Source of the DNA: Phototrophicaceae bacterium
Lineage (GTDB): Bacteria; Chloroflexota; Anaerolineae; Aggregatilineales; Phototrophicaceae
Assembly: GCA_965261805.1 (NCBI GenBank)
Contig: OZ253483.1
Span: 328,187 to 392,186 of the forward strand
Length of the DNA stretch: 64,000 nt
Direction: 5' to 3'
Shown here: one piece after another, positions 9,297 through 18,504 of the stretch
How positions within the stretch are numbered: position 1 is the stretch's first letter
Layout of the letters: every line of letters begins with the position of its first letter
Made by a program: the position numbers and the translations under genes
The notes under the pieces: model-generated
Told to the model about the DNA's origin: nothing
The model's database searches: none
The model's input: only the letters and a program-made list of their open reading frames with translations

Positions 9297-9636
9297 ATGC
9301 AAGAGACGGGGCAAGCGATGGGCGTGGCGGATGTGCAGGCGGCGCTGGACCAGCTGGGCTTGGGCATCACCATCATCGAGTTCGATTCGTCCACTGCCGC
9401 CTCGCAGCAAGCGGCGGACAATATCGGCTGCCAGTTGGGGCAAATCGTGAAGAGTCTGGGTTTCATGATCGACAAGTCGCAGCCAAGGCTTGCCGATCTT
9501 CATGGATGCCAGTTTGACGCGCTTTGACACGATTTACGCGGCCGGTGGCGCCGCCCATGCCATCTTTCCGATTCGCACGCAAAAGCTGCGCGAGATCACT
9601 GACGCCGAATATGCCGACCTGACGCGCGATGCCTAG
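9297..9636 (+). pseudogene. YbaK/ProX-type aminoacyl-tRNA deacylase remnant with internal out-of-frame deletion
   Basis: Frame 0 gives the N-terminus to GQIVKSLGFMIDKSQP. Frame +1 gives GLPIFMDASLTRFDTIYAAGGAAHAIFPI...DLTRDA-stop. The central ~50 residues are missing; junction near 9478-9486. Confidence 0.6.
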
Positions 9637-12600
9637 ACGCCGCCAACCAGCCGCACACGATCTTTCAGCACGCCAAGCAGCTGCAGCAGGCGCGCTTGCC
9701 AGTCATCGTCAGCGGGCAACCGCAATTCGGTTCGCGTAACTTCGATCTCTTCGCCCAGGATAATCTCCAGCAGCTCGCGTTTCAGCGTCGCCAGATAGGG
9801 CAGTTTGATATGAATCTGTCCGCGCCGCAGCTGCACATGGGTGGAGCGCAGCTCTTGCGCCAGCGCCTTGACCCGTATCTGATACAGCAGCCCCTCGACA
9901 GCGGCTGGCAGCGCGCCAAAGCGGTCGATGAGCTCGTCGCGCATGGCATCGACCTCATCCACCTGGACGATATTGCCGATGCGCCGATACAGCTGCAAGC
10001 GCAGCGCCATTTCGGGTATCCAGTCCCTCGGCAGATAGGCGGGCAGGGGCAGATCGATGATGATGCGCTCGCGGGCAGAGGCGGGCGCTGGTTGGCTGCG
10101 GGCCTGTTCGCCGCGCTGCTCGTGGACTGCCTGCTGGAGCATTTCCGTGTAGAGGTGCAAGCCGACGCTGGCGACATGTCCCGTCTGGCGCATGCTCAAG
10201 ATGTCGCCGCTGCCGCGCATTTCCAGGTCGCGCACAGCGATTTGGAAGCCCGCGCCCAATTGCGTATTTTCGGCCAGGGTCTCCAGTCGCGCCCGCGCTT
10301 CTTCGGTCAATGAGCCGGGACTGTGAAAGAAGTAGGCATAGGCTTGCTGTGCCGACCGCCCCACGCGTCCGCGCAGTTGATAAAGCTGCGAAACGCCGAA
10401 GGTATCGGCGCGGTCTACAATCAGTGTGTTGACGCGCGGCATGTCAATGCCATTTTCGATGATGGAGGTGGAAAGCAGGATGTCGTATTCGCCATGCGTG
10501 AAATCCGACATGACAGATTCCAGCGTGCGCGCCGGCATCTGACCATGCGCCACCACAACAGACGCTTCGGGCGCCAGGCGCTCGAGCTTGTCGCGGATGC
10601 CGTAGATCGTGCGGATGCGGTTGTGCACCACGAAGACTTGCCCGCCCCGGTCCAGCTCGCGGCGAATCGCCATGCGGCTCAATTTGTCGTCCCATGCGCC
10701 CACCTGGGTGATGACGGGCAGCCGTTCTTCGGGCGGCGTCTGGATCATGCTGATATCGCGGATGCCGCTGAGGCTGAGGTAGAGCGTGCGCGGGATGGGC
10801 GTGGCGCTTAGCGTCAGGATGTCTATGCGCGCGCGCAACTTCTTGAAATGTTCTTTGTGCTTGACGCCGAAACGCTGCTCTTCGTCAATGATCATCAAAC
10901 CCAGATTCTTGAAGCGAATATCCTCCGAAAGCAGGCGATGCGTGCCGATGATGATATCGACCTCGCTGTTGGCCAGGCGCGCGGCGATATCCCGCTGTTG
11001 CGCTTTGGTGCGGAAGCGCGACATCATCTCGATGCAGACGGGGAAGGCGGCCAACCGCGACTTAAAATTGTCGTAATGCTGTTGCGCCAGCACCGTGGTC
11101 GGCACGAGCACCGCCACCTGGACGCCATCCTGCACAGCTTTGAAAGCGGCGCGCAGGGCGACTTCGGTTTTGCCAAAGCCGACATCGCCGCAGACGAGGC
11201 GGTCCATCGGCTCCCGCGCGCCCATATCATCTTTGACTTGCTGGATGACGCGCAGCTGATCTTCGGTCTCCACGAATGGGAAGGCGGCTTCCATCTCGTG
11301 CTGCCAGGCGCTGTCGGGGCTGAACGCATGTCCTTGGGCGGCCGCGCGCCGGCTGTAGATCTCCAGCAATTCCTTGGCTTCTTCTTCGGCATTACGGCGG
11401 GCTTTTCCGCGCGCTTTCAGCCACAGATCGGCTTTGCCCAACTGGCTGAGCCTGGGCGCTTTGCCATCCGCGCCGACATAACGCGAAAGCCGGTCAGCCT
11501 GGTGAATGGGCACATAAATCGTGTCGGCATTCTGATACTCGACCATCAGGTATTCGCGCCGTGTATCGCGGATGCTGCGATGTCGCAAGCCGGCGAATCG
11601 TCCAATGCCAAAGTCGACATGCACGACATAAGTGCCTTCTTGCCAGTCGGTATAGCGAGTATCGGGCGCGCGCCTGCGACTGGCGGCTGTGGCATCCAGC
11701 CGTCTGCGCGGTTCGGGACGCGCCCAGCCAAAGATCTCCGCATCGGTGATGAAGCGCAGACCGCCATCAACTCCTGGCAGCGTCCAACCCTCGGTCGCAG
11801 CGCCTCGCACAAAACGCAGACTGCCCGGCGCTGGCGGCGTATTGATCTGCGCAACGCTGGCGACGAATGTCGATGCGTCTTGCTCGCCCCACAGATTTCC
11901 CAGCCGCTCGACTTGCTCGCTGAGCACGACGATGCGCTCGCCGCGCTGGCTATAGCGGCGCAGCTGTGTCAGCATCAGTCGCAGCTGCCCGCCGAAACGC
12001 TCGCTCGGCGCAAACAACGCGGGCGAATCGCCTCCAGCAAAGCTGCCCAAGGCAAAATGCGGCAGCCTTTGCAGCCTGGCGCGCACATCGTCCCAGCGCA
12101 GATACGGCGCAGGATGCCCCGGCGCGATCTGGAGAGACGACAGCGCATCTTCACGGTTGAGTTCGGCGTCCTCTGCCAGGTCTGCGCAGGCCTGCCGCAG
12201 CTGGTCGGCCTCCTCGATGAGCACCAGGCAATTGTCCGGCGCGTGATCCAGCAAGCAAGCCGGGGATTCGTACAAATAGGGCAGGTAATGCTCCAAACAA
12301 GCGAAGGCGCTGCCCTGCGCCAGCGACTCGATATCGGCGCTGATGCTGGAAAAGTCGGCGGCATCGTCCGTCAGCGAATTCGCCCAGGTTTGCAGCTGCG
12401 CCCCGACCGCTGATGTATGCCCGGTCAGCGCCTCTCGCGCCGGCACGATTCGCGCCGAAAGCAGCTTGGCTTTGCTGCGCTGGTCGCCCGGATCAAAGTG
12501 GCGCAAGCTGTCAATCTCGTCATCAAAGAAATCCACGCGCACGGGCTGCTCGCTTGCCAGAGGGAAGATATCCAGAATGCCGCCGCGCCGACTGAATGTG

Positions 12601-13136
12601 CCCGGCTCCAGGACGATGGTGGCCGGTTCGTAGCCCATGCCCAGCCAGCGCGAGATCAGCTCGTCCATGCGGTGTCGCTGGCCGACGCGCAAAATAGCTG
12701 TGTTGTCGCGGAATTGATCGGGCGGGATGCTGGCTTGCAGCAAAGCGCGCGCCGATGCCACGATGACAGGCTGCGTTTTGGAGCTGGTGCGCGCCAAAGC
12801 GGCCAGAGCGGCGATGCGGTTGCGGATGACGCCCACATCCCATGCTGCGTGGTCATAGAATTGCGCGGACGGCTCGGCAAAGCGATGCAAGCGACTCGCT
12901 CCCGTCAGCCAGATGGGCAATTGTTCGCTGACATTGTATGCCCGGCGCGCTGTGGTGGTGAGATAGATGATCGGACCATCCCAATCGCCTGCCAGCGCCG
13001 CCAGCAGACAGGGTCGCGCCGCACGCACCACATTGATCTGTGCGCCAGTGCTGCCATTGCCCAGGGCAGCGACCAGCTCTTGATAGCCGGAGCTGCCGCG
13101 CACAAGTTCCAGCAAGCCTGCAAGTTGAAGCGTCAT
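9633..13136 (-). CDS. mfd: Transcription-repair coupling factor
   Basis: 1167 aa; DVGFGKTEVALRAAFKAV Walker A, DEEQRFGV, TLSATPIPRTL helicase motifs and CarD-like/TRG regions as in Mfd. Confidence 0.92.
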   Translation of the reverse strand: MTLQLAGLLELVRGSSGYQELVAALGNGSTGAQINVVRAARPCLLAALAGDWDGPIIYLTTTARRAYNVSEQLPIWLTGASRLHRFAEPSAQFYDHAAWDVGVIRNRIAALAALARTSSKTQPVIVASARALLQASIPPDQFRDNTAILRVGQRHRMDELISRWLGMGYEPATIVLEPGTFSRRGGILDIFPLASEQPVRVDFFDDEIDSLRHFDPGDQRSKAKLLSARIVPAREALTGHTSAVGAQLQTWANSLTDDAADFSSISADIESLAQGSAFACLEHYLPYLYESPACLLDHAPDNCLVLIEEADQLRQACADLAEDAELNREDALSSLQIAPGHPAPYLRWDDVRARLQRLPHFALGSFAGGDSPALFAPSERFGGQLRLMLTQLRRYSQRGERIVVLSEQVERLGNLWGEQDASTFVASVAQINTPPAPGSLRFVRGAATEGWTLPGVDGGLRFITDAEIFGWARPEPRRRLDATAASRRRAPDTRYTDWQEGTYVVHVDFGIGRFAGLRHRSIRDTRREYLMVEYQNADTIYVPIHQADRLSRYVGADGKAPRLSQLGKADLWLKARGKARRNAEEEAKELLEIYSRRAAAQGHAFSPDSAWQHEMEAAFPFVETEDQLRVIQQVKDDMGAREPMDRLVCGDVGFGKTEVALRAAFKAVQDGVQVAVLVPTTVLAQQHYDNFKSRLAAFPVCIEMMSRFRTKAQQRDIAARLANSEVDIIIGTHRLLSEDIRFKNLGLMIIDEEQRFGVKHKEHFKKLRARIDILTLSATPIPRTLYLSLSGIRDISMIQTPPEERLPVITQVGAWDDKLSRMAIRRELDRGGQVFVVHNRIRTIYGIRDKLERLAPEASVVVAHGQMPARTLESVMSDFTHGEYDILLSTSIIENGIDMPRVNTLIVDRADTFGVSQLYQLRGRVGRSAQQAYAYFFHSPGSLTEEARARLETLAENTQLGAGFQIAVRDLEMRGSGDILSMRQTGHVASVGLHLYTEMLQQAVHEQRGEQARSQPAPASARERIIIDLPLPAYLPRDWIPEMALRLQLYRRIGNIVQVDEVDAMRDELIDRFGALPAAVEGLLYQIRVKALAQELRSTHVQLRRGQIHIKLPYLATLKRELLEIILGEEIEVTRTELRLPADDDWQARLLQLLGVLKDRVRLVGGV

Positions 13137-13235
13137 GGATAGATTTGTCTGCGATTAGATTGCGGACGCGCCAGTATAACAGCCCTGCCTGCGCCGGGCT
13201 AGACGCGGTCAAAACGGGCAGCAGCGCAAAGGCGG

Positions 13236-14444
13236 CTATTCCTCCAGCGCTTGATAAACCAGCGCGCGAAAATCTTGCTGGAACGGATGCATATTGTCCA
13301 TCAGCTGCGTCATGATGATGCCAACCAACTGCTCTTGCGGATCAACCCAGAAGTTGGTGGCAGCCGCGCCGCTCCAGCCATAATTGCCATCGGAGTTGAG
13401 CACGCCGGTCTGCGCCGCATCCATCACCACGCTGAAGCCCAAGCCGAATCCCTGCCCGGGCATCTTGCCCAGGCCAATCTCCAGCGGCAGCAATTCTGTC
13501 TTGATGTGGTTGCGCGTCATATACTCCAGGGTCTTGCGCCCGATGATGCGCGTATCGCCCAGCTCGCCTTCATGATGCAGCATCTTGGCGAACTGCCAAA
13601 AATCGCTGGTCGTCGATACCAGTCCGCCGCCGCCCGATGGCGCCTTGGCCGGCTGCGTGTAATCGTGCGCGGGGATGTGCGGGCTGCCGACAAATTCGTG
13701 GAAGCCGCCGCTCTTTAGGTCATGCTGGTAAAGTTTGGCGAAGCGGTCGAGCTTGTCGGCGGGACAATGAAATGCCGTATCGACCATGCCCAGCGGCTGA
13801 AAGATGCGCTCCGCCAGAAAGTTCTCGAACGGCATATCCGCCAGCGCCTGCACCAGATAGCCGCAGACATCGGTGGCGAAGCTGTAATTCCAGCCGGCGC
13901 CGGGTTGGTGGCGCAGCGGCAGCTCAGCCAAGCCCAATATCATCTCTTCCAGCGAGACATCCTTGCTGCGCATCAGCGACTCGCGGTACATGTCTTCAAT
14001 GGGCGTGTCATTGAAGAAGCCATAGCTCAAGCCAGCGGTGTGCGTCAGCAGGTGGTGGATGGTCATTGGCGGACTTTGCGCCGCATATTGCGCGCCCATA
14101 TAGCCAAAGCCAGTCATGACTCTGCTGTTGCCAAAAGCCGGGATGTAGCGGCTGACTGGCTCGAAGAGTTGGAATGCGCCTTCTTCATAAAGCATCATCA
14201 GCGCGATCGAGGTGATAGGCTTGGTCATGCTGTAGATGCGGAAGATGCTGTCGCGCTCCATGGGCAGCGCATTTTCGGCATCGCGCCAGCCACAGGCTTC
14301 AAAATGCGCAGCCTCGCCATCCCGCGCCACCAGCGTCACGAATCCAGCTGCCTGCTCCTTGTCGACATACGATTGCAGGCGGCTGTTGATGCGGCTCAGG
14401 CGCTCAGATGAAATGCCCAAGGCTTCTGGCGCGATGATGTTCAT
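13236..14444 (-). CDS. Beta-lactamase-related serine hydrolase (class C / esterase family)
   Basis: SMTKPITS (Ser-x-x-Lys) near the N-terminus, 402 aa, overall beta-lactamase/transpeptidase-like pattern. Confidence 0.75.
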   Translation of the reverse strand: MNIIAPEALGISSERLSRINSRLQSYVDKEQAAGFVTLVARDGEAAHFEACGWRDAENALPMERDSIFRIYSMTKPITSIALMMLYEEGAFQLFEPVSRYIPAFGNSRVMTGFGYMGAQYAAQSPPMTIHHLLTHTAGLSYGFFNDTPIEDMYRESLMRSKDVSLEEMILGLAELPLRHQPGAGWNYSFATDVCGYLVQALADMPFENFLAERIFQPLGMVDTAFHCPADKLDRFAKLYQHDLKSGGFHEFVGSPHIPAHDYTQPAKAPSGGGGLVSTTSDFWQFAKMLHHEGELGDTRIIGRKTLEYMTRNHIKTELLPLEIGLGKMPGQGFGLGFSVVMDAAQTGVLNSDGNYGWSGAAATNFWVDPQEQLVGIIMTQLMDNMHPFQQDFRALVYQALEE

Positions 14445-14483
14445 GGTCGGTTCTCCCGGATTATTTCGTTAGCGAGTTTTACA

Positions 14484-14558
14484 TGTAGGGGCGAGACTCG
14501 TCTCGCCCACATTGCATGGGAATGGTTGCCAATGGGCGAGACAAGTCTCGCCCCTACA
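14484..14558. repeat. REP-like element: two inverted copies of a ~26-nt self-palindromic unit
   Basis: Copy A 14484-14509 is TGTAGGGGCGAGACTCGTCTCGCCCA. Copy B 14533-14558 is its reverse complement with 1-2 mismatches. Each copy contains GGGCGAGAC-n3-GTCTCGCCC; copy B overlaps the pth stop codon. Confidence 0.6.
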
Positions 14559-15582
14559 GTTTCTCCGCATAGATGGTCTGCATCTTCAGCGCTTTGGGAT
14601 GCTGCGGGTTGATTTCAAGCGCCTGTTCTATGGTCGCTTGCGCCGCAGACAGGTCGCCGATTTCCTGCAAGTGCTGCGCAAGAATCAGATAACGCGCCAC
14701 GGCTTTCTTCTTATTGTCGCGCGACAAGAACCAGTCGGCGATCTGCCGCTGAACATCGACCAGGCTGGGCTGCATGGCGACTGCTTTGATGCGCTCCGCA
14801 TTCGCCAGCGCGCCTTTGTCCAACGCCTCATATAATGCGGCAAGCCTCAGGTGGCTGCACACCGCCTCGTCCAGGCAGCCCAGTTTTTTCTGCAGGGCGA
14901 TCACGGCTCGCAGCGGTTTGGGATCGCGCGCCGCCAATTCATGCGCCCGAAGCGCCACTGACAGCCGGGTTTTCAGTTCTTCGGCTGTAGGCGCTTGTTC
15001 CGCGGGACTGCCATCGCCATTGAAGCGGGACATGGCGACTTCGATGCCATCGACCAGCCAGCATTCCACGGCGTCTGCGGCGCGCCCGACCATTTCACCC
15101 GCCTGGATGGCCGCGTCGCCCTTGAATGGCTGCAAGACAAAATCCACTGGCGACATCCGGCCCGGTGGACGCCCAATGCCAAATCGCAGCCGCGCATAAT
15201 CCTGGCTGCCCAGATGCTGGATGATGCTGCGCAAGCCATTCTGTCCGCCGTGCCCGCCCGATTTGCGCAGTCGGATGCTTCCAAAGGGCGTATCCAGATC
15301 GTCATGAATCACCAGCAGGCGCTCCAGCGGAGTGTCATGGAAGTCCACCAATGCCCGCACCGACTCGCCGCTGCGGTTCATGAAGGTCTGCGGCTTGGCT
15401 AGTCTAACGCGAGCGCTGCCGATGCTGCCTGCCTGCGTGAGGGCGCGTTTCTCGCTGCGCTCCCCGCTGAATCCATGCCGCCGCGCCAGCTCATCGACGA
15501 CCCAAAAGCCGACATTGTGCCGCGTTTTCGCATACTTTGCGCCAGGATTGCCCAGCCCGACGATGAGATGTTTGCCAGTCAT
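14554..15582 (-). CDS. pth: Peptidyl-tRNA hydrolase fused to a C-terminal TPR-like helical domain (342 aa)
   Basis: N-terminus LIVGLGNPGAKYAKTRHNVGF...IVIHDDLD...RLRKSGGHGGQNGLRSI is canonical Pth; about 150 extra C-terminal residues with a TPR-like repeat (AVARYLILAQHLQEIGDLSAAQATIEQALEINPQHPKA). Confidence 0.85.
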   Translation of the reverse strand: MTGKHLIVGLGNPGAKYAKTRHNVGFWVVDELARRHGFSGERSEKRALTQAGSIGSARVRLAKPQTFMNRSGESVRALVDFHDTPLERLLVIHDDLDTPFGSIRLRKSGGHGGQNGLRSIIQHLGSQDYARLRFGIGRPPGRMSPVDFVLQPFKGDAAIQAGEMVGRAADAVECWLVDGIEVAMSRFNGDGSPAEQAPTAEELKTRLSVALRAHELAARDPKPLRAVIALQKKLGCLDEAVCSHLRLAALYEALDKGALANAERIKAVAMQPSLVDVQRQIADWFLSRDNKKKAVARYLILAQHLQEIGDLSAAQATIEQALEINPQHPKALKMQTIYAEKL

Positions 15583-15623
15583 GATTCGCTGCGACCGTCC
15601 GTCTTTGCTGGCGCTGATTTAAC

Positions 15624-15652
15624 CACAGAGGGCGCAGAGGACACAGAGGGAG
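15624..15652. repeat. Short degenerate tandem repeat (CACAGAGG-like, three units) next to a GGGAG...CTCCC hairpin
   Basis: CACAGAGGGCGCAGAGGACACAGAGGGAG read directly in the 109-nt gap between the CN-hydrolase gene and pth. Confidence 0.4.
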
Positions 15653-15690
15653 TTGGCGTCGCTCGCTCCCTGTCCAGTCGGTGGAAACGC

Positions 15691-16455
15691 TCAACTATCA
15701 TCCACATAGCGCGGATAGGTGGACTTCGCCGCGTCCGCCAGGCGCAGATCCAGTTCCAGCGTGACGAAGGGTCTGTCTTCCGATGTCGTCGCCAGCACAG
15801 CGCCATCTGGCTCGCAGATCCAGCCAGCGCCGCCCAGCGCAACCTGGTCCGCCTGCCCGGCATGATTGGATGACAAGCAAAATGCGCCCGACACCACCGC
15901 CGCGGTTCGCCCGCCAGCCAGCCACTTGTCATTGGCGCGCCAGGGCGTGCTGCGCGGATTCAGCAGCAGCTGGACGCCAGCCTTGCCATAATCGCGCGCG
16001 TGCTGCAGGAACCAGATCTCTGTGCAGATCATCACGCCGATGCTCAGCTCGCCGATGCGTTGCGGCTGGAAGTCAATCGGGGCGCGCCGATACCAGTTGG
16101 CTTCCCAATAGCCTTCATCGCGCGGCAGATAAGTCTTGCTGTGAATCCAGGCCAAGCCATGGTCGCGCGTCCAGCAATAGGCGCAGTTGAATCGCCCGCC
16201 AGCCAGGTCGCGCGGGGCAGTGCCGACCACGATTTCCGCGCCCGGCTCATCAAGCCGTTCCAGCCAGCCAGCATGCGCAGCGACCGCCCGATCCCAAACG
16301 CGGCTGTCAAATTGCGGCGCTGTGCAAAACCAGGTCGCGAAGCACATCTCGGGCAGCAGTATTAGCTGGCTTCTTTCCGCCGCAACATGCGCTTTCAGCT
16401 GCGCCCAGTCGTCTTCCAGCTGCCCGGCATTGATCTGGGTAATGGTCGCTTTCAT
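15691..16455 (-). CDS. Carbon-nitrogen hydrolase (nitrilase superfamily)
   Basis: LILLPEMCF (catalytic Glu region) and VMICTEIWF (catalytic Cys region); 254 aa; ATGA overlap with the upstream ABC exporter stop. Confidence 0.75.
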   Translation of the reverse strand: MKATITQINAGQLEDDWAQLKAHVAAERSQLILLPEMCFATWFCTAPQFDSRVWDRAVAAHAGWLERLDEPGAEIVVGTAPRDLAGGRFNCAYCWTRDHGLAWIHSKTYLPRDEGYWEANWYRRAPIDFQPQRIGELSIGVMICTEIWFLQHARDYGKAGVQLLLNPRSTPWRANDKWLAGGRTAAVVSGAFCLSSNHAGQADQVALGGAGWICEPDGAVLATTSEDRPFVTLELDLRLADAAKSTYPRYVDDS

Positions 16456-18395
16456 ACCGGTTGACCCTGCTGGCTGAACTGCGTTTCATAGAGCCGCGCA
16501 TACACGCCGTCCACCTGCAGCAGCTGATCATGCGTGCCTTGTTCGACGATCGCGCCGCGGTCGAGCACCATGATTTTGTCGGCAGCCAGGATCGTGCTCA
16601 GTCTGTGCGCGATGACGATGCTGGTGCGCCCCTGCATGACCCGGCTCAGCGCATCTTGAATCAGCGCTTCGGACTGGCTGTCGAGGTGGCTGGTGGCTTC
16701 GTCCAGCACCAGGATGCGCGGATCTTTTAACACGACGCGGGCGATGGACATGCGCTGTTTTTCGCCGCCACTGAGTCGATAGCCGCGTTCGCCCACTATC
16801 GAGTCATAACCTTCGCCCAATCCCATGATGAAATCGTGGATATGCGCGACCTGTGCCGCCGCTTCGATCTCGGCTTGCGTGGCCGCGGGCTTGGCATAGA
16901 GCAGGTTGGTGCGGATGGTATCATGAAAGAGATAAGTCTCTTGCGTAACCATGCCGATATTGTCCGCCAGCGTGGCCAGCGAGAGTTCGCGCAGGTCATA
17001 GCCATCCAGCGTGATGCGCCCGGCTGTCGGGTCGTACAGGCGCGGAATGAGGTAAGTGAGCGTGGTCTTGCCGGCGCCGCTTGGTCCCACCAGCGCCACC
17101 AGCTGCCCCGGCTCGATCGCGAAGCTCAAGCTGTCCAGCGCCAGCTCGCGCGCCTGATGCGCCATGCCCCCCGCCGCCAAGCCATTTTCGCCGCGTTTGA
17201 ATCGGCCTGTGCGCGTGGCAGCCACATTGTCCATGCGCCCGACCCGCTCGACATCCGATAGCAGCTGCCCGTCATCCACCGTGTAGCGGAAGGTCACTTC
17301 GTCAAAATGCAGCGCGCCGCGAACCGCCTGAAGATGCACGGCATCGGGGCGCTCGGCGATATCCAGCGGCAGGTCGATGATCTCGAATACGCGCTCGAAG
17401 CTGACGATGCTCTGCGCAAAGTCGACTGGCGCATTGGTCAGGGCTTGCAGCGGCGTATACAGCTGCGTCAAGTAAGCGCCGAAAGCCACGATGGTGCCGA
17501 TCGTGAAGGCGTCCTGGATGACCAGGATGCCGCCAACCCAGTAGACCAGCGCAGTGCCCACCACGCTGACCAAGCCGATCAGCACGAAGAACTGGCTGCC
17601 CAGCACCGCCCGCAGGATCCCCGCATCGCGCACATCGGCCGCTCGCTCTTCAAAATGCGCCACTTCCTGGTCGATGCGCCCGAAAAGCTTGACCAGCAGC
17701 GCGCCACTGATATTCAGCGTTTCGTTCATCATGGCGTTCATCTGGGCGTTGTGGCTCATCTGCTCGCGGGCGATTTCCTTGAGCCGCCTGCCCAGCCGCC
17801 GCGCGATGAAAACAAAGCAAGGCAGCACCAGCACGCCCAAAATCGTCAGCCGCCATTCCATGCTCAGCATCACCACCAGCGTCGCCACCACCGTGATGAC
17901 ATTGGTGATGATGTTGACGATGGTATTGCTGATGGCATTCTGCGCGCCGACCACATCGTTGTTCAGCCGGCTCATCAGCTCGCCCGTTTTGGTATTCGTG
18001 AAGAAGCGCAGCGACATCTGCTGCAAATGATGATAGAGCGCCACCCGCAGGTCATAGATGACGCCCTCGCCGATAGACACATTCAGTTTGCGCTGGACGA
18101 TGCGCACGCCGCCGCTGGCCAAGGGGATGGCCACCAATCCCAGCGCCAAAATGTGCAGCCTTTCGATGTCTTTCTCCGCCAATGCGCCGTCAATGATTTC
18201 GCGGAAGATCAGCGGATTGAGCAAGCCCAGCCCGGTCGTCAGCAGGATCATCGCCAACATGCCCGCGATTTGCCCGCGATAAGGACCGGCATAAGCCAGC
18301 ACGCGCAGCAGCAGCCGCCTCGTCACATTGGGCTTGGCATCGCTGCTGCTGTGCATATAGCGGAACCAGCCGCCGCCACGCATCATAATCGCCAT
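16452..18395 (-). CDS. ABC exporter, fused permease/ATPase (MsbA/multidrug type)
   Basis: Six-TM N-terminal domain, GPSGAGKTT Walker A, LSGGEKQR signature, ILVLDEATS Walker B. Confidence 0.85.
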   Translation of the reverse strand: MAIMMRGGGWFRYMHSSSDAKPNVTRRLLLRVLAYAGPYRGQIAGMLAMILLTTGLGLLNPLIFREIIDGALAEKDIERLHILALGLVAIPLASGGVRIVQRKLNVSIGEGVIYDLRVALYHHLQQMSLRFFTNTKTGELMSRLNNDVVGAQNAISNTIVNIITNVITVVATLVVMLSMEWRLTILGVLVLPCFVFIARRLGRRLKEIAREQMSHNAQMNAMMNETLNISGALLVKLFGRIDQEVAHFEERAADVRDAGILRAVLGSQFFVLIGLVSVVGTALVYWVGGILVIQDAFTIGTIVAFGAYLTQLYTPLQALTNAPVDFAQSIVSFERVFEIIDLPLDIAERPDAVHLQAVRGALHFDEVTFRYTVDDGQLLSDVERVGRMDNVAATRTGRFKRGENGLAAGGMAHQARELALDSLSFAIEPGQLVALVGPSGAGKTTLTYLIPRLYDPTAGRITLDGYDLRELSLATLADNIGMVTQETYLFHDTIRTNLLYAKPAATQAEIEAAAQVAHIHDFIMGLGEGYDSIVGERGYRLSGGEKQRMSIARVVLKDPRILVLDEATSHLDSQSEALIQDALSRVMQGRTSIVIAHRLSTILAADKIMVLDRGAIVEQGTHDQLLQVDGVYARLYETQFSQQGQPV

Positions 18396-18504
18396 CCTTG
18401 CCTGCTGGATATGACTTCAGTATATGCGGGGCGGTGCTTTGGCGCGCCTGCCAGTTTGGTCAGGGAGGCATCGGCGCAATTTCCAGGAGGTCGAGCCGCT
18501 TTGT

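Noticed and set aside
10848-12413. 521-aa plus-strand ORF. Similar ORFs: 1179-2405 (-), 4254-5030 (-), 17307-18593 (+), 52871-54274 (+), 54271-55437 (+) and 20191-21132 (-).
   Set aside because: They are antisense to mfd, nuoJ-L, nuoL/M, the ABC exporter, the sugar dehydrogenase, the ABC-2 permease and the alpha/beta hydrolase respectively. No motifs and a skewed composition.
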